A stretch of 64,000 bases of DNA from a virus. The notes under the pieces were generated by a model, which was not told the origin of the DNA, ran no database searches, and saw nothing but the letters and a program-made list of their open reading frames with translations. Shown here piece after piece: positions 35,102 through 45,221 of this stretch (its first letter is position 1; each line of letters begins with the position of its first letter). The stretch covers positions 1 through 64,000 of IMG/VR virus record IMGVR_UViG_3300021197_001931; one strand, given 5' to 3'. Made by a program: the position numbers and the translations under genes.

Positions 35102-36504
35102 TGGCAGACGAATCTATAACTGTTGTATCTTTAGATGAAGAGCATAATGATAAGAGGTCAAACCCATATAGATCGACTGCTGACCCACTTGCCCTTGCCT
35201 CTGGCGAAGATATGCCACATAAGATTATTAAGGAATCGGCATTAGAAAACCAGAGAAAAAACTACTTTGAAGACACAAAAACGTTCCAAGCCACTGTATT
35301 AAGAGTAAATGGTGATAGATCTACCGTAAAAAGAAGGGCCGTTTTCTCAGGGACAGGAGAAAATGAAAGGGATTTCATATCAGTTCAAGCAAGAATACCA
35401 GTATTGCACAAGATGATCCCAAAACCCAAAATGATCCCACCTTCCAGCGAAGATGCTATAAAAAATAAGGGCATAATAGAGATGCACCCAACTTTTGTAG
35501 CTAGGTCTGAGGGAGAATTGTCAACTATAGGCGAGGGCGATGTAATATTGGTTCAATTCAACAAAGGCCCTGGGCACGGGATGCAGATTGATGGGCACAT
35601 TTTAAAAATTTATCAGAAGGCAACCATAAGAGGTGACTCTGAAAACGGGGAAGACTCAGAACAATTAGCAAGAGTTTTTGTTTCTGATACTGAAAATGCA
35701 ACCATGGGCGAAATACTCTCATCAGAGAGAACCAGGCTTAATGCTCCAGGGCAGGCCTCAGAAGAGCCCGCATCTATATTTACTTGGGACCAATTAGGAA
35801 CAATTGTAGAAAAGGGTGGCCTGGAAAAAATTCTAAACTACCTTTCAAGCAAAGAAAGTTTAAACAACTTTAATGCTGTAAATCGTGGCCGAGGCGGAGA
35901 CTCTCCTGGGGATGCGCGTGATTATATTATTGAAAATCCTCAGAATTTAACAGAGATGAACATTTCTAAAGTCATTGAGCTTCAAAAGGGAGGGTCTTAT
36001 ACACAGAATGTTGATATGACCCCAGTCCGCGCGACTGGAGTAACCCCTAGTGAAAGACCAGGGTTTCTTGCTGTTGGTGCGTATCAGATGATACCCGAAA
36101 CTTTAAAAAGAATTAAAAATAGGGCCGGCTGCCCTACAAATACGATTTTTAATGAAAACACTCAGAAAAGACTATGTGCCGATTTATTGCTTTCAGATAA
36201 TAAAAACTTAGGAAATTATTTACTAAGTAAATACGATAATTCAGAAAGAGCTGCTCAAGTTGTAGCATATATTTGGGCCTCCATACCATTGCAATATTAC
36301 TACGAAGAAACTGGTTGTAATAGAGGAGACAGCGCATATTGTAGAGATAGCGCTGGTAACAGGGCCTCATCGTCAACTAGTCCAGAAGAGGTAATATCAA
36401 TAATTCAAAGTGCTAGACAAGACATGCAACCTCTTTTAGAGGAGCTGGGAATATCAAGAGAAACAGAAGAAGCTGCTAGCGAACCCACGGAAACGGCGGA
36501 GTAA
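35101..36504 (+). CDS. Baseplate hub-like protein with C-terminal lysozyme-like (lambda/GH104-type) domain
   Basis: N-terminal beta region (VQARIP...GDVILVQF); C-terminal KES..NFNAVN, LTEMNI, AVGAYQMIPETL, FNENTQ, IWASIP. Confidence 0.7.
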   Translation: MADESITVVSLDEEHNDKRSNPYRSTADPLALASGEDMPHKIIKESALENQRKNYFEDTKTFQATVLRVNGDRSTVKRRAVFSGTGENERDFISVQARIPVLHKMIPKPKMIPPSSEDAIKNKGIIEMHPTFVARSEGELSTIGEGDVILVQFNKGPGHGMQIDGHILKIYQKATIRGDSENGEDSEQLARVFVSDTENATMGEILSSERTRLNAPGQASEEPASIFTWDQLGTIVEKGGLEKILNYLSSKESLNNFNAVNRGRGGDSPGDARDYIIENPQNLTEMNISKVIELQKGGSYTQNVDMTPVRATGVTPSERPGFLAVGAYQMIPETLKRIKNRAGCPTNTIFNENTQKRLCADLLLSDNKNLGNYLLSKYDNSERAAQVVAYIWASIPLQYYYEETGCNRGDSAYCRDSAGNRASSSTSPEEVISIIQSARQDMQPLLEELGISRETEEAASEPTETAE

Positions 36505-36506
36505 AA

Positions 36507-37463
36507 ATGAGTAACGACAAAAGAAAATCAAGAGATTTTTCTGGGCTAGACCCAAAAGAGCAAAAAATGTGGGCCGCAGGGCTCACAGGGGATGAGAATG
36601 CTAGAACATCTGGTGTTGGCAACAGTCCCTTAAAAGAGGCAGTTCCAAATTATCAACGTGGGTTGTTTGGTGGCTGTGAAACTAAAATATCTGGAAAAAA
36701 CAATACATGGATCATTTTAGGTCGAGATAGGCCACATGATTCCATGTCTGGATATGGAGGTAAAGCGAACACCCAAGCCGGTGCGATTGACATTGTTGTC
36801 GGTAGGATGGGAAACCTAAAAGAGACCCCCAAAGGGGGTATTAGGGTAGATCCTAATTTCTTTGCTGATTCAGCTAGAATTTACATCAGTCAGAAGGCAG
36901 ACATTGACGATTATTTTAAATTAGTTGGAGATACACAGCACGAGGGAATGTCAGGAATCGGTATTAAGGCAGATGGCGTCAGAATAATTGGAAGAAGGGG
37001 TGTTAAAATAGTTTCCGGTGCTGGTAAAAATAAAGCATTAGGCAAAGAGCTTGACTCTTTGGGGCGCCCGCTGGAGAGCAAGGAAGGTATTGAATTAATA
37101 GGGGCAAATGATGTTGGCGCAAACCCTTTAGAGCCCTTAGTGAAAGCCTACAGGCTTGCGGATACGTTGAAGATTTTAGTAGATGAAATTATGGATTTAA
37201 GAGGTATTGTCGATGCGCTCTCTGCAAAGCAAACAAAGATAAACCAGGTTATAGGGGCACATACGCATCAAGTTGCAGGTGTCCAGGCCACCCCTTCAGG
37301 AGAGTTGGCATCATTCACATCTATATATGAAGCGCAAAAAATGGACCAAGTGAATAGCAAATTATATAAACTTGGCATCAAGATGGGAAATAATTTTGTT
37401 ACTAATCGTTTAGAACCAACGGGCAATAAATGGTTTGGAAGTATGTTTAACAAAACTAACTAG
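36507..37463 (+). CDS. Baseplate spike protein (gp5 C-terminal / gpV-like)
   Basis: Beta-repeat segments (WIILGRDRP, ARIYISQ, IKADGVRIIGR) and an HTH (His-x-His) apex motif. Confidence 0.65.
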   Translation: MSNDKRKSRDFSGLDPKEQKMWAAGLTGDENARTSGVGNSPLKEAVPNYQRGLFGGCETKISGKNNTWIILGRDRPHDSMSGYGGKANTQAGAIDIVVGRMGNLKETPKGGIRVDPNFFADSARIYISQKADIDDYFKLVGDTQHEGMSGIGIKADGVRIIGRRGVKIVSGAGKNKALGKELDSLGRPLESKEGIELIGANDVGANPLEPLVKAYRLADTLKILVDEIMDLRGIVDALSAKQTKINQVIGAHTHQVAGVQATPSGELASFTSIYEAQKMDQVNSKLYKLGIKMGNNFVTNRLEPTGNKWFGSMFNKTN

Positions 37464-37475
37464 GGAATTGGCATT

Positions 37476-40400
37476 ATGACAGTTGAAGTAGGCAGTTATA
37501 TCAAGAGAGTGAGGTGGTTGCAAGAGATCATTGAGCCTCTTTTTGCTAGCACATACATTAGAAGATTTTTTGAAGACTTAGGTACTGGTGATCCCCTACA
37601 GTCAAATCGGGCAGATGGTTATGTAAACGGCGAGGTTATTGTTTATGGTGACGGTGGCCGTGATCCATACGATCCTTATTTTCAAAATGAAGATTTAGAG
37701 TTTATAAATCCAGAGGATGGGCCAACATTTAGGGTCTATTCAGAGTGGCGCATAAGGTTTTTAAGCGAATGGAGCGACTCAGAACTTATCTCCTGGCTTG
37801 CAAATACCATGTCCCCAAGAATATTTCAAGCTCTTACTTATCTTACTAACGTCTATGGTCCGCTAGATAAGTACGATGAAATGCTGGGGAATAATTGGGG
37901 CACAGCGACAATGGCGGCTATGAGAGACTATTCCTCTGGAGTTAACACAAATTTTTTCGATAACCTAGGCATCCGCCACACCACTCTTGGCCCAGCAGCC
38001 CCGGACATAGACGTACAAATTATTAATGCTTCAAAAGTCGTAAGGACGCTTTTGATATTTGATGATGGGTATGGTTGCGTCTCTAGAGAGGAGAGGCAGA
38101 ACCCAGAACTATATTCATATCCAGATAAAATGCCTGTTAAATTCTCTACGACTTATTTCACATCGAGATTTAAGGCATTAGGGTATCCTCCACATGGAGA
38201 GCCAGCAGGAGTATTTTCTTATTCAACCCGTGTTGGGATAGAGAATCACCCAGATCGCCGAGATGGCGCGTGCCCATTTCCGATAAATCCAGCGTACTTT
38301 ACTGCATGGACTGAAAATGCATTCCCACAGGAGGAGGAGGTAGAGGTCACAGAATACAGTTCAATTGGAACTGAGCATGGTAGCTATGATTATACAACTT
38401 ATCGATACCCTGGCGTTAGAGAGATAGCATGTCCGATACTCCCGGATCCAACGTTTCTTGGAGCAGGGGAGGCAGGAATTCCTCCAACTCTACAGGCTAG
38501 GCACCCATGTCCTGAAACAGATTTAACAGAGGAGTTTATAAGAGAACCAGTATGCACGCCAGATAGTAGTTTTTTGGAACCAGAATGGACAGCGGAGATG
38601 CGTTCTTTTTTGAATTCCAGAGTTTGTGAATATTATGTTCCTGTCCAAACCCCATATGGGTGCCCAGGAGGGGATGGACTGGCAGAATATGCAAGAGAAT
38701 TTTCTGAACAAGCCGTTCAAAGTTTACTTGACTTTTTGAACAAGGAAGCTACCGAGCAACAGACAAATATACTAGTAAATTTTGTTTTAGAAGAATTATA
38801 CTATGACTTTGATAAAGCTCCAAATGTTGATCTTAAGTTATTATACAGGTGGCCGTTTGCTCTGGTTAAAGCACTAAAGCTTGATGACAGAAATTCCCCC
38901 TCAATTAACGAATCTCCAAATGCGGGAAGCGATGTGGAATTTTCTTCTTCAAGCTTACTTTCAGATCTTGATACATTAAAATTAATTTTAGAAATTATAG
39001 GACCACAACAGGTAGATCTCTGGTCATCAGAGAAAGCGAAAATTATAATTACTGGTACAGCGAGAGAGGCAGACATCTTACAAGAGTCGCGCAACATACT
39101 AACCCTTAAGACTGCAATAACTGACTTTTTAAATTCAAATAATTACGTTTTCCCACCAGCAGTGGTTGAACAGGCTGCAGGGTCTCAATTCCCCATACCA
39201 GATAGTGGCGTAGCGGCTGACAGTCTAAAGATCGTTTATGACGAACAATATAATTTTGTATCTATTTTTGTGCGTGGTGATGGCTCTGATTATTTACAAT
39301 TAAATGAGAGGCTTTTGCCAGAAGACAGCGCTCTTCGAAATCAGACAATGGTGTCCTACTTGGCAAACTTAAATGACATAATCCTTGATTACAATAATAG
39401 CCAAGAGTTGCAGTTACTACCATTCTTACAAAAATATCATCAACCTGCTGTTCGTATTTCGTATCAATCGGGAATCTCAGAGCCCACACTTCTTCCAGAC
39501 AATTGCTCAGGTGGAGTTCTTGAAGATGTTACCAATTCGATATTAGATAGCTTAGTTGATTCTGCAAATGAGTTTGTTGGCAAGTTTGCTAGTAATTTGT
39601 GTATGACATCTGAACAAGTGGCACAAAAGGAGCGCGATTATCTTTCATCTCTGGAGAGTCTTAAAGATATTGTAAGCGAGCAGAATTTAAAAAATGTTTT
39701 TCTACAAGATCCGCTCATAGCGAATATTGATAGGCTCATAAAATCAATCAACAATAGTGAGGATGTGGTTAAAGCTGCTTGGGCAAACTTGTTTGATAAA
39801 ATGACCGCATGTGGCTTATTTAATCTTGTAACAAAAACAATAGAAACAATTGCAAAAGTAGACTTCTGTGGGCTATCGCCAGAGGCCATCTTGACAGTAG
39901 CTATAAAATCATCTTTAAAAAATATAGACACGGGCGTATTGCGAAGAATATATGAAGGACTGCCAGAAAATACAAAAAATGAGTTACTTGATAACTACTC
40001 AGAAAGATTTAGACAGTTTATTGAGGATAGTGGATATAATGGATCAACTGCATTCCCATGGGATCTAGAGGAGCAAAACAGGCAAGCAGAGAGAGACTCC
40101 AGAGAAAACAGAATAATATATGATGGTTCTTTGTTTACTTCTCCATCACTGGAGCAAACACAATCTAGGTACGTAAATTCTTATAGGGCCGGATATCGTG
40201 CTGGCTTAGAGTATGACCCACTTTCGGAGGACGAGGAGGAAATAGATTTATCATCCGGACAGTTTGATGAAGGATCTTTTTGGGCTGGGTATGTAGCTGC
40301 CAGAGGAGATGTAGAGCTAGGAATACCAGGAGACCCAAACTCAATTGTTCCTCCTCGCAGATCGGATGTATTAACTGATGCTGAGAGATTAGAAACTAAT

Positions 40401-43400
40401 TCTCCAAATGTAAACTCTAGCGCCTTTGGCAGGTTGGCTGGTGGGCTTGTTGCCGATACATTTAAGATTTCAATTGAAATATTTGTGGAGACATTGGGGG
40501 ACTTATTGAGCTTTGATGAGCTGCTAGAACAGACTGGCGACTTGCCTGTTGTCGGTGCATTAATTAAATCAGTTCCAGAAATAGCAAAATGTGCTGTTGA
40601 TATAAAGTTAATATCTAATGGGCAAGAACTTAACGTAGGATCAATACAAAATAATCTACAAAATGGTTTTAAAGGAGACATATGTGATATTATAGGAGGA
40701 TTAAAATCTTTGACATTGCCAGATATTGAGGCAAAGCTTAATTCTTCTTTGAATACCAGGACGCTAAAGGCGGCTTTTCTAAATGCTCTTTTGCCTGTTA
40801 TTAGAAATTTATTAATAAAGATTTTATTAAATACTTTGTTGAAAATCATAAGTAAAACAACTGGAGTTTTAAAGGGCGCTCTATGTGAGGCTGCAAAAAG
40901 CAATATCTCATCGGCTATCGAGGGATCCATAGCTGGAAATGTAGCAACACAGGTGTACATTCCCCCAGGGAATATAGGCAACTTGTTTGCTGAGGCCTTC
41001 TGCGGACCCTCTACCACCCCAGAGCAGGCAGCTGACCAGGCCTTCTCAACCATCTCTTCTTTGGTTGAGGGCGGCACTCCTGATTCTTCTTGCTCTTTGA
41101 TAGATTCATTATCTAGACGCCTTAGAATGGATCAATTGCTAGACCTACTACAAGGAGACGCTAGTGAAAGCGTAGTTCAGGTTGTATTAAGTATATCAAG
41201 GAATGATTGCCCTGAATTTTCAGATTTCTTATTTGATGAAGCATCAGTAAGATCATTTTTTGTAAACCTCTCAACTTCGTTTACTGATGAATTCCTAAAC
41301 GAAACTAGAGATAGTTTGGAAACTTTTGGGGCAAACCGAGGAGATATAGTTACGACTTGTGATATTGATCCTGATATATCTGGACTAGAGCAGGCGCTTC
41401 GAGAAGAGTGTGGAGATAACATATCAGAGGAACAGATACAGCAACAGATAGAATCATTTAGAAGGAGGGTGGAACAAACAGTAGATGATTTGACCTCCAT
41501 AATGTCAAGTGGCTTTGATAGTTCCATGGAAGACACAATTCAAAATACCTTAGCAAGTGTAGTACCTAAAGACGACCCTACAAATGTAATTTTGGTAAAA
41601 CAGGTTGTTGATAGTATGTTTGACCCTCTATATTCATCTTACTCAAGAGGATTACTGGCGCCGGTAGCTCCAAATGGGAATTGTGGGTATCTAAACGCAG
41701 TCTTATCTAATAAGAAGGCAGTGCCACTAAAAGGCCAGTTTACCGCATTTCGAGCACTTTCATCTCTAGCCTTTGGACCAATGTCTGCCATGTTACCAGG
41801 CGGGGGAGGTGCAGCAGAGGAGATTATTAGCAGTTTAAGGATGGATTTTTTTGGACCGGACACTGGAGAAAGGCCCACTGAAAAACCAGGGACAATTGGC
41901 TCTCAGCTATTAGATGTTTTTAATAATGGAGAATATTTTTCATTTTCTTCTGATTTTTCAAACGATTATATCGAATTAACTTATGATGGCCCAATAGAAT
42001 TACCAATATTTAATTTAAATTATAATTTTATTACAAATGAAGCGTCTTTAACAAGATATAGTGCTCTTGGGATTGAGAGAAACCAGGACAGCACGACCCT
42101 GGGACCGGGGTCTATGAGACTTGTGGCCCCAGAATCAGATGAAACTTTTGGGGAAGTGCAGGAATATCTAAATAATAATTCATCCGGAATATCCCCAATC
42201 GAGCTTGCTAGGCCATTTTTTCCATCTTTAGCAAGTTCGCCGACTCCACTTACAATAGGTTCATCGGTTATACTACATAACTTGTCTTCAACTGGCGTTG
42301 TTGATCCTCTTTCGCCTGGTTTGTATGGTACGAATTTTTCAAGTATAGCAGTGAATGTAGCTTCTTTTATAAAAACACTTAGAGCCAGAGTGCTCCTATC
42401 TTTAGCAAAATCAATAACGTATAATTCTAATGCGTTTGCATATGGAGAATACATATTTGATGAAGTATCGGATACACAACTTATTCCATCCGTTGACCCA
42501 GCCCTCACTGAAAGGGGTTATGATGTATTTTATCTAGATGATGGAAATATAGTAGTGGTGCCACCAAGGAAAGGAGGGTGGCTTGAATTAAAAGACATTC
42601 TTTTGCCCGAGAGGCAAAGTGAATATTGCTGTCCTGACAGGAGAGACTTGCTAGATGTTCAATCAATTAAGAGCGCGGCTTTAAGCTCTTTTGAATCTTT
42701 GTCTGAGGATCCAAGATTAAACGAAAACCCACGAACAGTAAGGGAGGCTCCGTATGCACATATTTTAGGCAGGACCACTGCTGCTTGTATGGAGGGTGTC
42801 GTTGTAGCAACCATAAGAACACATATAATCGAATGCATGTTGAATGGCTATGCAAGTTTCAGTAAGTATAAGACAAATATCCCATCTGCTTATTCTGATT
42901 TACTAGCAGATTATGTTAGCAAAAAAATGAGGGGCGGCCTTAGAACGCAGCGCCCCACCCCGCAGTTCCCAGCATCTCAGGGCACCGACCTTTATGGATA
43001 CTGGAATGAATTTCTTGAACAAGCTGTTCAGGTGTATATAAATCGTGCGAATTCTGGACGAATAACAATAACAGCGGCGGCAGACGCCGCACTTAGATCG
43101 ATAAGTAGCTTTTCTGCGCAATATAGATACCCCCAAAGAGGAGACCTCAGAGAAGCCCGAACATCTAGGCCTGGGATTACTCTTAAAAAATTGAGAAGAG
43201 ATGAGAATATAAAGGCAATTCAACAAACTGAAGACGAGGCAATTGTTATTTTAAGACATTTAGTAAAGGAAGAATTTAATAGAATATCTCAAACAATAGA
43301 TGAAATCTTCCCAACTCCTGGGGGCGGTTGGGTCTCCAACATTGGTATAGATTTTCTTAAAAATGGCTATTACATAGAAAATAGAAATGTTTTTGATATT

Positions 43401-44738
43401 CCAATGTTTGACGAAGATATCTTAGATGGCCTTCGAAACCCTGATTTGTCATTTGAGGAGAAGGGGCACTTTATTCTGCAGTCTTATGTGAGGCCGGTAT
43501 TGGTTGGAGATCCCACAGGGTTATCTGGCCCAGAAAGAGACTTCTATGAGAGAATGCAATCTCGAACTTCAACAGCCTCTCTTTTTGGTCTTCGTGAGAT
43601 GAGGGAATATATCCAAGAAGATGCATCTGCCTCTCTACTGTCGGCATACCCACAGATAAACTCTATATTTTCGTCTTTTAAATATGGACTTAGGCTTGTT
43701 TATGTTTTAGGAGATCAGGAAGTATCTGATTTTGAGTCTTCGGGGGGAGGTTTAGTCAGGCTCCTTGATCAATCGGATCCAATCACAAGGCTGTTCAGAC
43801 ACCCATCCGATGGGTCAGATAATAGATACTCCATTCCAATGGTTTCTTCTGAATTTATTGAAATTGAATTTGAGGGAGAAAGTTTTAACGATTTTGTTAG
43901 CGCTGCCTCAATCACTTCTTTGCAACTGCAGTCTATAGATAGGGCTGAGGAGTTTAATTGGCCTCTATTGGTAGAGTTAATGTTGAACACCTCACAATAT
44001 AAATCAATTTTTGAATATGCCGTCCCAGTTAACACAATGCAATCTTTAAACACAATTTATAATATAGAATCCTTTTTATATTCCATAGGTCGCGATGATG
44101 GGTGGGCTGCCAATACTTTAGTTTTGCCCGAATTACCTCTTGGGCCTCCCGTTGCGATACCTTTAGCAAACTTTAATAATTGGAACAAGAAAGCCTTTCC
44201 ACAAATGAAGCGAAAACTGAAGAGGATGTTCAATTTGCTTTATAGGTCAAATGATTTTACTTATGATCCCTTCGCAAACATTAATAGCCAACAAGATGAA
44301 ATTAGCGAGGAATCCAGAAACGCAAATGCAGATTCTTGGACTGATGGCCTGACACCGGAAACAAGGTCTAGAATTATATTTGAGAATCCACTTTGTTTTA
44401 GCCCCTCAGACAGAGAGGGGGATACTTCGTCTAGCGATAGTGGGGACACCTCCAGCGACGACGGAGGCTCGCCATCTGGCCCAAGAAGGAGAGATACTAC
44501 GGGAGACCACCTTGGCGGGAGGGGAGAGAGAGCCGTAGACGCGCGAACATATGTTTGTGTTACATACTACAATACTAGGTTAGAAGGTACATACTATCAA
44601 ATAATGACACTATCAGAAGCAGAAGCTCTCGCTGCCGAGGATAGGGATACTATAGTTGGTGTAAGTTGGGTCGATGCTCCTGGTGCTACTGGTCCTGCGG
44701 GCCCCTCTCGAACTAATTTGTGTGAGGACATATCATAG
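37476..44738 (+). CDS. Very large (2420 aa) virion/baseplate-region protein, function unknown
   Basis: Uninterrupted ORF between the spike and gp25; acidic, many Cys. Confidence 0.75.
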   Translation: MTVEVGSYIKRVRWLQEIIEPLFASTYIRRFFEDLGTGDPLQSNRADGYVNGEVIVYGDGGRDPYDPYFQNEDLEFINPEDGPTFRVYSEWRIRFLSEWSDSELISWLANTMSPRIFQALTYLTNVYGPLDKYDEMLGNNWGTATMAAMRDYSSGVNTNFFDNLGIRHTTLGPAAPDIDVQIINASKVVRTLLIFDDGYGCVSREERQNPELYSYPDKMPVKFSTTYFTSRFKALGYPPHGEPAGVFSYSTRVGIENHPDRRDGACPFPINPAYFTAWTENAFPQEEEVEVTEYSSIGTEHGSYDYTTYRYPGVREIACPILPDPTFLGAGEAGIPPTLQARHPCPETDLTEEFIREPVCTPDSSFLEPEWTAEMRSFLNSRVCEYYVPVQTPYGCPGGDGLAEYAREFSEQAVQSLLDFLNKEATEQQTNILVNFVLEELYYDFDKAPNVDLKLLYRWPFALVKALKLDDRNSPSINESPNAGSDVEFSSSSLLSDLDTLKLILEIIGPQQVDLWSSEKAKIIITGTAREADILQESRNILTLKTAITDFLNSNNYVFPPAVVEQAAGSQFPIPDSGVAADSLKIVYDEQYNFVSIFVRGDGSDYLQLNERLLPEDSALRNQTMVSYLANLNDIILDYNNSQELQLLPFLQKYHQPAVRISYQSGISEPTLLPDNCSGGVLEDVTNSILDSLVDSANEFVGKFASNLCMTSEQVAQKERDYLSSLESLKDIVSEQNLKNVFLQDPLIANIDRLIKSINNSEDVVKAAWANLFDKMTACGLFNLVTKTIETIAKVDFCGLSPEAILTVAIKSSLKNIDTGVLRRIYEGLPENTKNELLDNYSERFRQFIEDSGYNGSTAFPWDLEEQNRQAERDSRENRIIYDGSLFTSPSLEQTQSRYVNSYRAGYRAGLEYDPLSEDEEEIDLSSGQFDEGSFWAGYVAARGDVELGIPGDPNSIVPPRRSDVLTDAERLETNSPNVNSSAFGRLAGGLVADTFKISIEIFVETLGDLLSFDELLEQTGDLPVVGALIKSVPEIAKCAVDIKLISNGQELNVGSIQNNLQNGFKGDICDIIGGLKSLTLPDIEAKLNSSLNTRTLKAAFLNALLPVIRNLLIKILLNTLLKIISKTTGVLKGALCEAAKSNISSAIEGSIAGNVATQVYIPPGNIGNLFAEAFCGPSTTPEQAADQAFSTISSLVEGGTPDSSCSLIDSLSRRLRMDQLLDLLQGDASESVVQVVLSISRNDCPEFSDFLFDEASVRSFFVNLSTSFTDEFLNETRDSLETFGANRGDIVTTCDIDPDISGLEQALREECGDNISEEQIQQQIESFRRRVEQTVDDLTSIMSSGFDSSMEDTIQNTLASVVPKDDPTNVILVKQVVDSMFDPLYSSYSRGLLAPVAPNGNCGYLNAVLSNKKAVPLKGQFTAFRALSSLAFGPMSAMLPGGGGAAEEIISSLRMDFFGPDTGERPTEKPGTIGSQLLDVFNNGEYFSFSSDFSNDYIELTYDGPIELPIFNLNYNFITNEASLTRYSALGIERNQDSTTLGPGSMRLVAPESDETFGEVQEYLNNNSSGISPIELARPFFPSLASSPTPLTIGSSVILHNLSSTGVVDPLSPGLYGTNFSSIAVNVASFIKTLRARVLLSLAKSITYNSNAFAYGEYIFDEVSDTQLIPSVDPALTERGYDVFYLDDGNIVVVPPRKGGWLELKDILLPERQSEYCCPDRRDLLDVQSIKSAALSSFESLSEDPRLNENPRTVREAPYAHILGRTTAACMEGVVVATIRTHIIECMLNGYASFSKYKTNIPSAYSDLLADYVSKKMRGGLRTQRPTPQFPASQGTDLYGYWNEFLEQAVQVYINRANSGRITITAAADAALRSISSFSAQYRYPQRGDLREARTSRPGITLKKLRRDENIKAIQQTEDEAIVILRHLVKEEFNRISQTIDEIFPTPGGGWVSNIGIDFLKNGYYIENRNVFDIPMFDEDILDGLRNPDLSFEEKGHFILQSYVRPVLVGDPTGLSGPERDFYERMQSRTSTASLFGLREMREYIQEDASASLLSAYPQINSIFSSFKYGLRLVYVLGDQEVSDFESSGGGLVRLLDQSDPITRLFRHPSDGSDNRYSIPMVSSEFIEIEFEGESFNDFVSAASITSLQLQSIDRAEEFNWPLLVELMLNTSQYKSIFEYAVPVNTMQSLNTIYNIESFLYSIGRDDGWAANTLVLPELPLGPPVAIPLANFNNWNKKAFPQMKRKLKRMFNLLYRSNDFTYDPFANINSQQDEISEESRNANADSWTDGLTPETRSRIIFENPLCFSPSDREGDTSSSDSGDTSSDDGGSPSGPRRRDTTGDHLGGRGERAVDARTYVCVTYYNTRLEGTYYQIMTLSEAEALAAEDRDTIVGVSWVDAPGATGPAGPSRTNLCEDIS

Positions 44739-44774
44739 ACTAGCGCACATTATGAAAAAGAAACTCCGACAGCC

Positions 44775-44782
44775 ACTAATTA
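44775..44782 (+). promoter_or_regulatory. ACTAATTA motif (putative late promoter)
   Basis: Intergenic, 18 nt upstream of the gp25-like ATG. Confidence 0.6.
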
Positions 44783-44800
44783 AAGAAAGAGGGATACTTT

Positions 44801-45184
44801 ATGTCGGGAATCGCTGTACAACTACCACTTATAAGAGACCAAGAAGACGGGTTTGGATTATTAAAAAACTATGATGATGTAGTCGCCCAAAACCTTAAAA
44901 TGCTGATATTAACAGTCCCTGGGGAAAGGATAATGGATCCTGATTTTGGTGTTGGCGCTAGAAGATATCTTTTTGAACAGCTCACTGAGGAAACTTTTCA
45001 ACTTTTTAAGAGTAGGTTGTTGCAACAACAACAAAAGTATTTGCCATATTTAGTTATAAAAAATGTTGAATTTGTCTCCTCACTTAGTAATAAAGAGGTT
45101 GATGAAAATACTTTACAAATTAAAATTTCTTACTTTAACAAAGTTTTCAAGAGTTCGGGAATTCTTTCCTTGCCATTAACCTAA
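44801..45184 (+). CDS. Baseplate wedge protein, gp25/GPW-like
   Basis: QNLKMLILTVPGERIMDPDFGVG...YLFE. Confidence 0.9.
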   Translation: MSGIAVQLPLIRDQEDGFGLLKNYDDVVAQNLKMLILTVPGERIMDPDFGVGARRYLFEQLTEETFQLFKSRLLQQQQKYLPYLVIKNVEFVSSLSNKEVDENTLQIKISYFNKVFKSSGILSLPLT

Positions 45185-45191
45185 GAAAACA

Positions 45192-45199
45192 ACTATTTA
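45192..45199 (+). promoter_or_regulatory. ACTATTTA motif (putative late promoter)
   Basis: Intergenic, upstream of the gp6-like gene. Confidence 0.6.
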
Positions 45200-45221
45200 T
45201 ATTAATAACCGAGGGCTTTTG

